Under the pieces are notes generated by a model. It was given only the letters and a program-made list of their open reading frames with translations. It was not told the DNA's origin and searched no databases. Positions 62,901-64,000 of a DNA stretch of 64,000 nucleotides are shown piece after piece. The first letter of the stretch is position 1. Each line of letters begins with the position of its first letter. A program made the translations under genes and the position numbers. The stretch covers positions 14,012,001 through 14,076,000 of the forward strand of contig CATNEN010000003.1 of assembly GCA_950097015.1 (NCBI GenBank), in the 5' to 3' direction. Source of the DNA: Macrostomum hystrix (lineage: Eukaryota > Animalia > Platyhelminthes).

Positions 62901-64000
62901 CTAGAATCGAAGCAGGAACTGTTGCTAGAATCGAAGCAGGAACTGTAGCTAGAATCGAAGCAGGAACTGTTGCTAGAATCGAAGCAGGAACTGTTGCTAG
63001 AATCGAAGCAGGAACTGTTGCTAGAATCGAAGCAGGAACTGTACCTAGAATCGAAGCAGGAAATGTAGCTAGAATTGAAGCAGGAACTGTAGCTAGAATC
63101 GAAGCAGGAACTGTTGCTAGAATCGAAGCAGGAACTGTAGCTAGAATCGAAGCAGGAACTGTTGCTAGAATCGAAGCAGGAACTGTAGCTAGAATTGAAG
63201 CAGGAACTGTTGCTAGAATCGAAGCAGGAACTGCAGCTAGAATCGAAGCAGGAACTGTTGCTAGAATCGAAGCAGGAACTGTTGCTAGAATCTAAGCAGG
63301 AACTGCAGCTAGAATCGAAGCAGGAACTGCAGCTAGAATCGAAGCAGGAACTGTTGCTAGAATCGAAGCAGGAACTGTTGCTAGAATCGAAGCAGGAACT
63401 GTAGCTAGAATCGAAGCAGGAACTGTTGCTAGAATCGAAGCAGGAACTGTTGCTAGAATCGAAGCAGGAACTGTTGCTAGAATCGAAGCAGGAACTGTAC
63501 CTAGAATCGAAGCAGGAAATGTAGCTAGAATTGAAGCAGGAACTGTAGCTAGAATCGAAGCAGGAACTGTTGCTAGAATCGAAGCAGGAACTGCAGCTAG
63601 AATCGAAGCAGGAACTGTACCTAGAATCGATGCAGGAACTGTTGCTAGAATCGAAGCAGGAACTGCAGCTAGAATCGAAGCAGGAACTGTTGCTAGAATC
63701 GAAGCAGGAACTGTTGCTAGAATCGAAGCAGGAACTGTAGCTAGAATCGAAGCAGGAACTGTTGCTAGAATCGAAGCAGGAACTGTAGCTAGAATCGAAG
63801 CAGGAACTGTTGCTAGAATCGAAGCAGGAACTGCAGCTAGAATCGAAGCAGGAACTGCAGCTAGAATCGAAGCAGGAACTGTTGCTAGAATCGAAGCAGG
63901 AACTGTTGCTAGAATCGAAGCAGGAACTGTTGCTAGAATCGAAGCAGGAACTGTAGCTAGAATCGAAGCAGGAACTGTTGCTAGAATCGAAGCAGGAACT
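53996..64000. repeat. >10-kb 24-bp satellite (CTAGAATCGAAGCAGGAACTGTWG)n in FMO intron 2; degenerate at 53996-54255, runs off the window end
   Basis: About 400 in-phase monomers read directly. Confidence 0.98.

Overview
Eukaryotic (animal) genomic DNA with GT-AG introns, and roughly half of the window is tandem repeat of 12-36 bp units. This architecture suggests a Macrostomum-like free-living flatworm (inference only). Protein-coding genes supported by the sequence: the first coding exon of a TRIM9/TRIM67-like E3 ligase (-), NudC (+), a 4-exon MVB12 ESCRT-I subunit (+), a 4-exon secreted disulfide neuropeptide-like precursor absent from the ORF track (+), ISCA1 (-), a 3-exon Ig + Cys-rich membrane protein (-), a ZnT/SLC30 zinc transporter (-), and the first two exons of an FMO resembling bacterial trimethylamine monooxygenase (+). 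Mobile elements: two hAT-type MITEs with 8-bp TSDs that carry an internal 16-bp minisatellite, two copies of a tRNA-derived SINE (one split by a MITE), and a Mutator-like MITE with a 9-bp TSD. There is also a minimal Penelope-type hammerhead ribozyme. Most long ORFs in the supplied track are translations of satellites. Best leads: the C-x8-C-x5-KR peptide precursor, the intron-containing bacterial-type FMO, satellite-carrying MITEs and the hammerhead. All exon models and family calls were made by eye and from recalled motifs; no searches were run.
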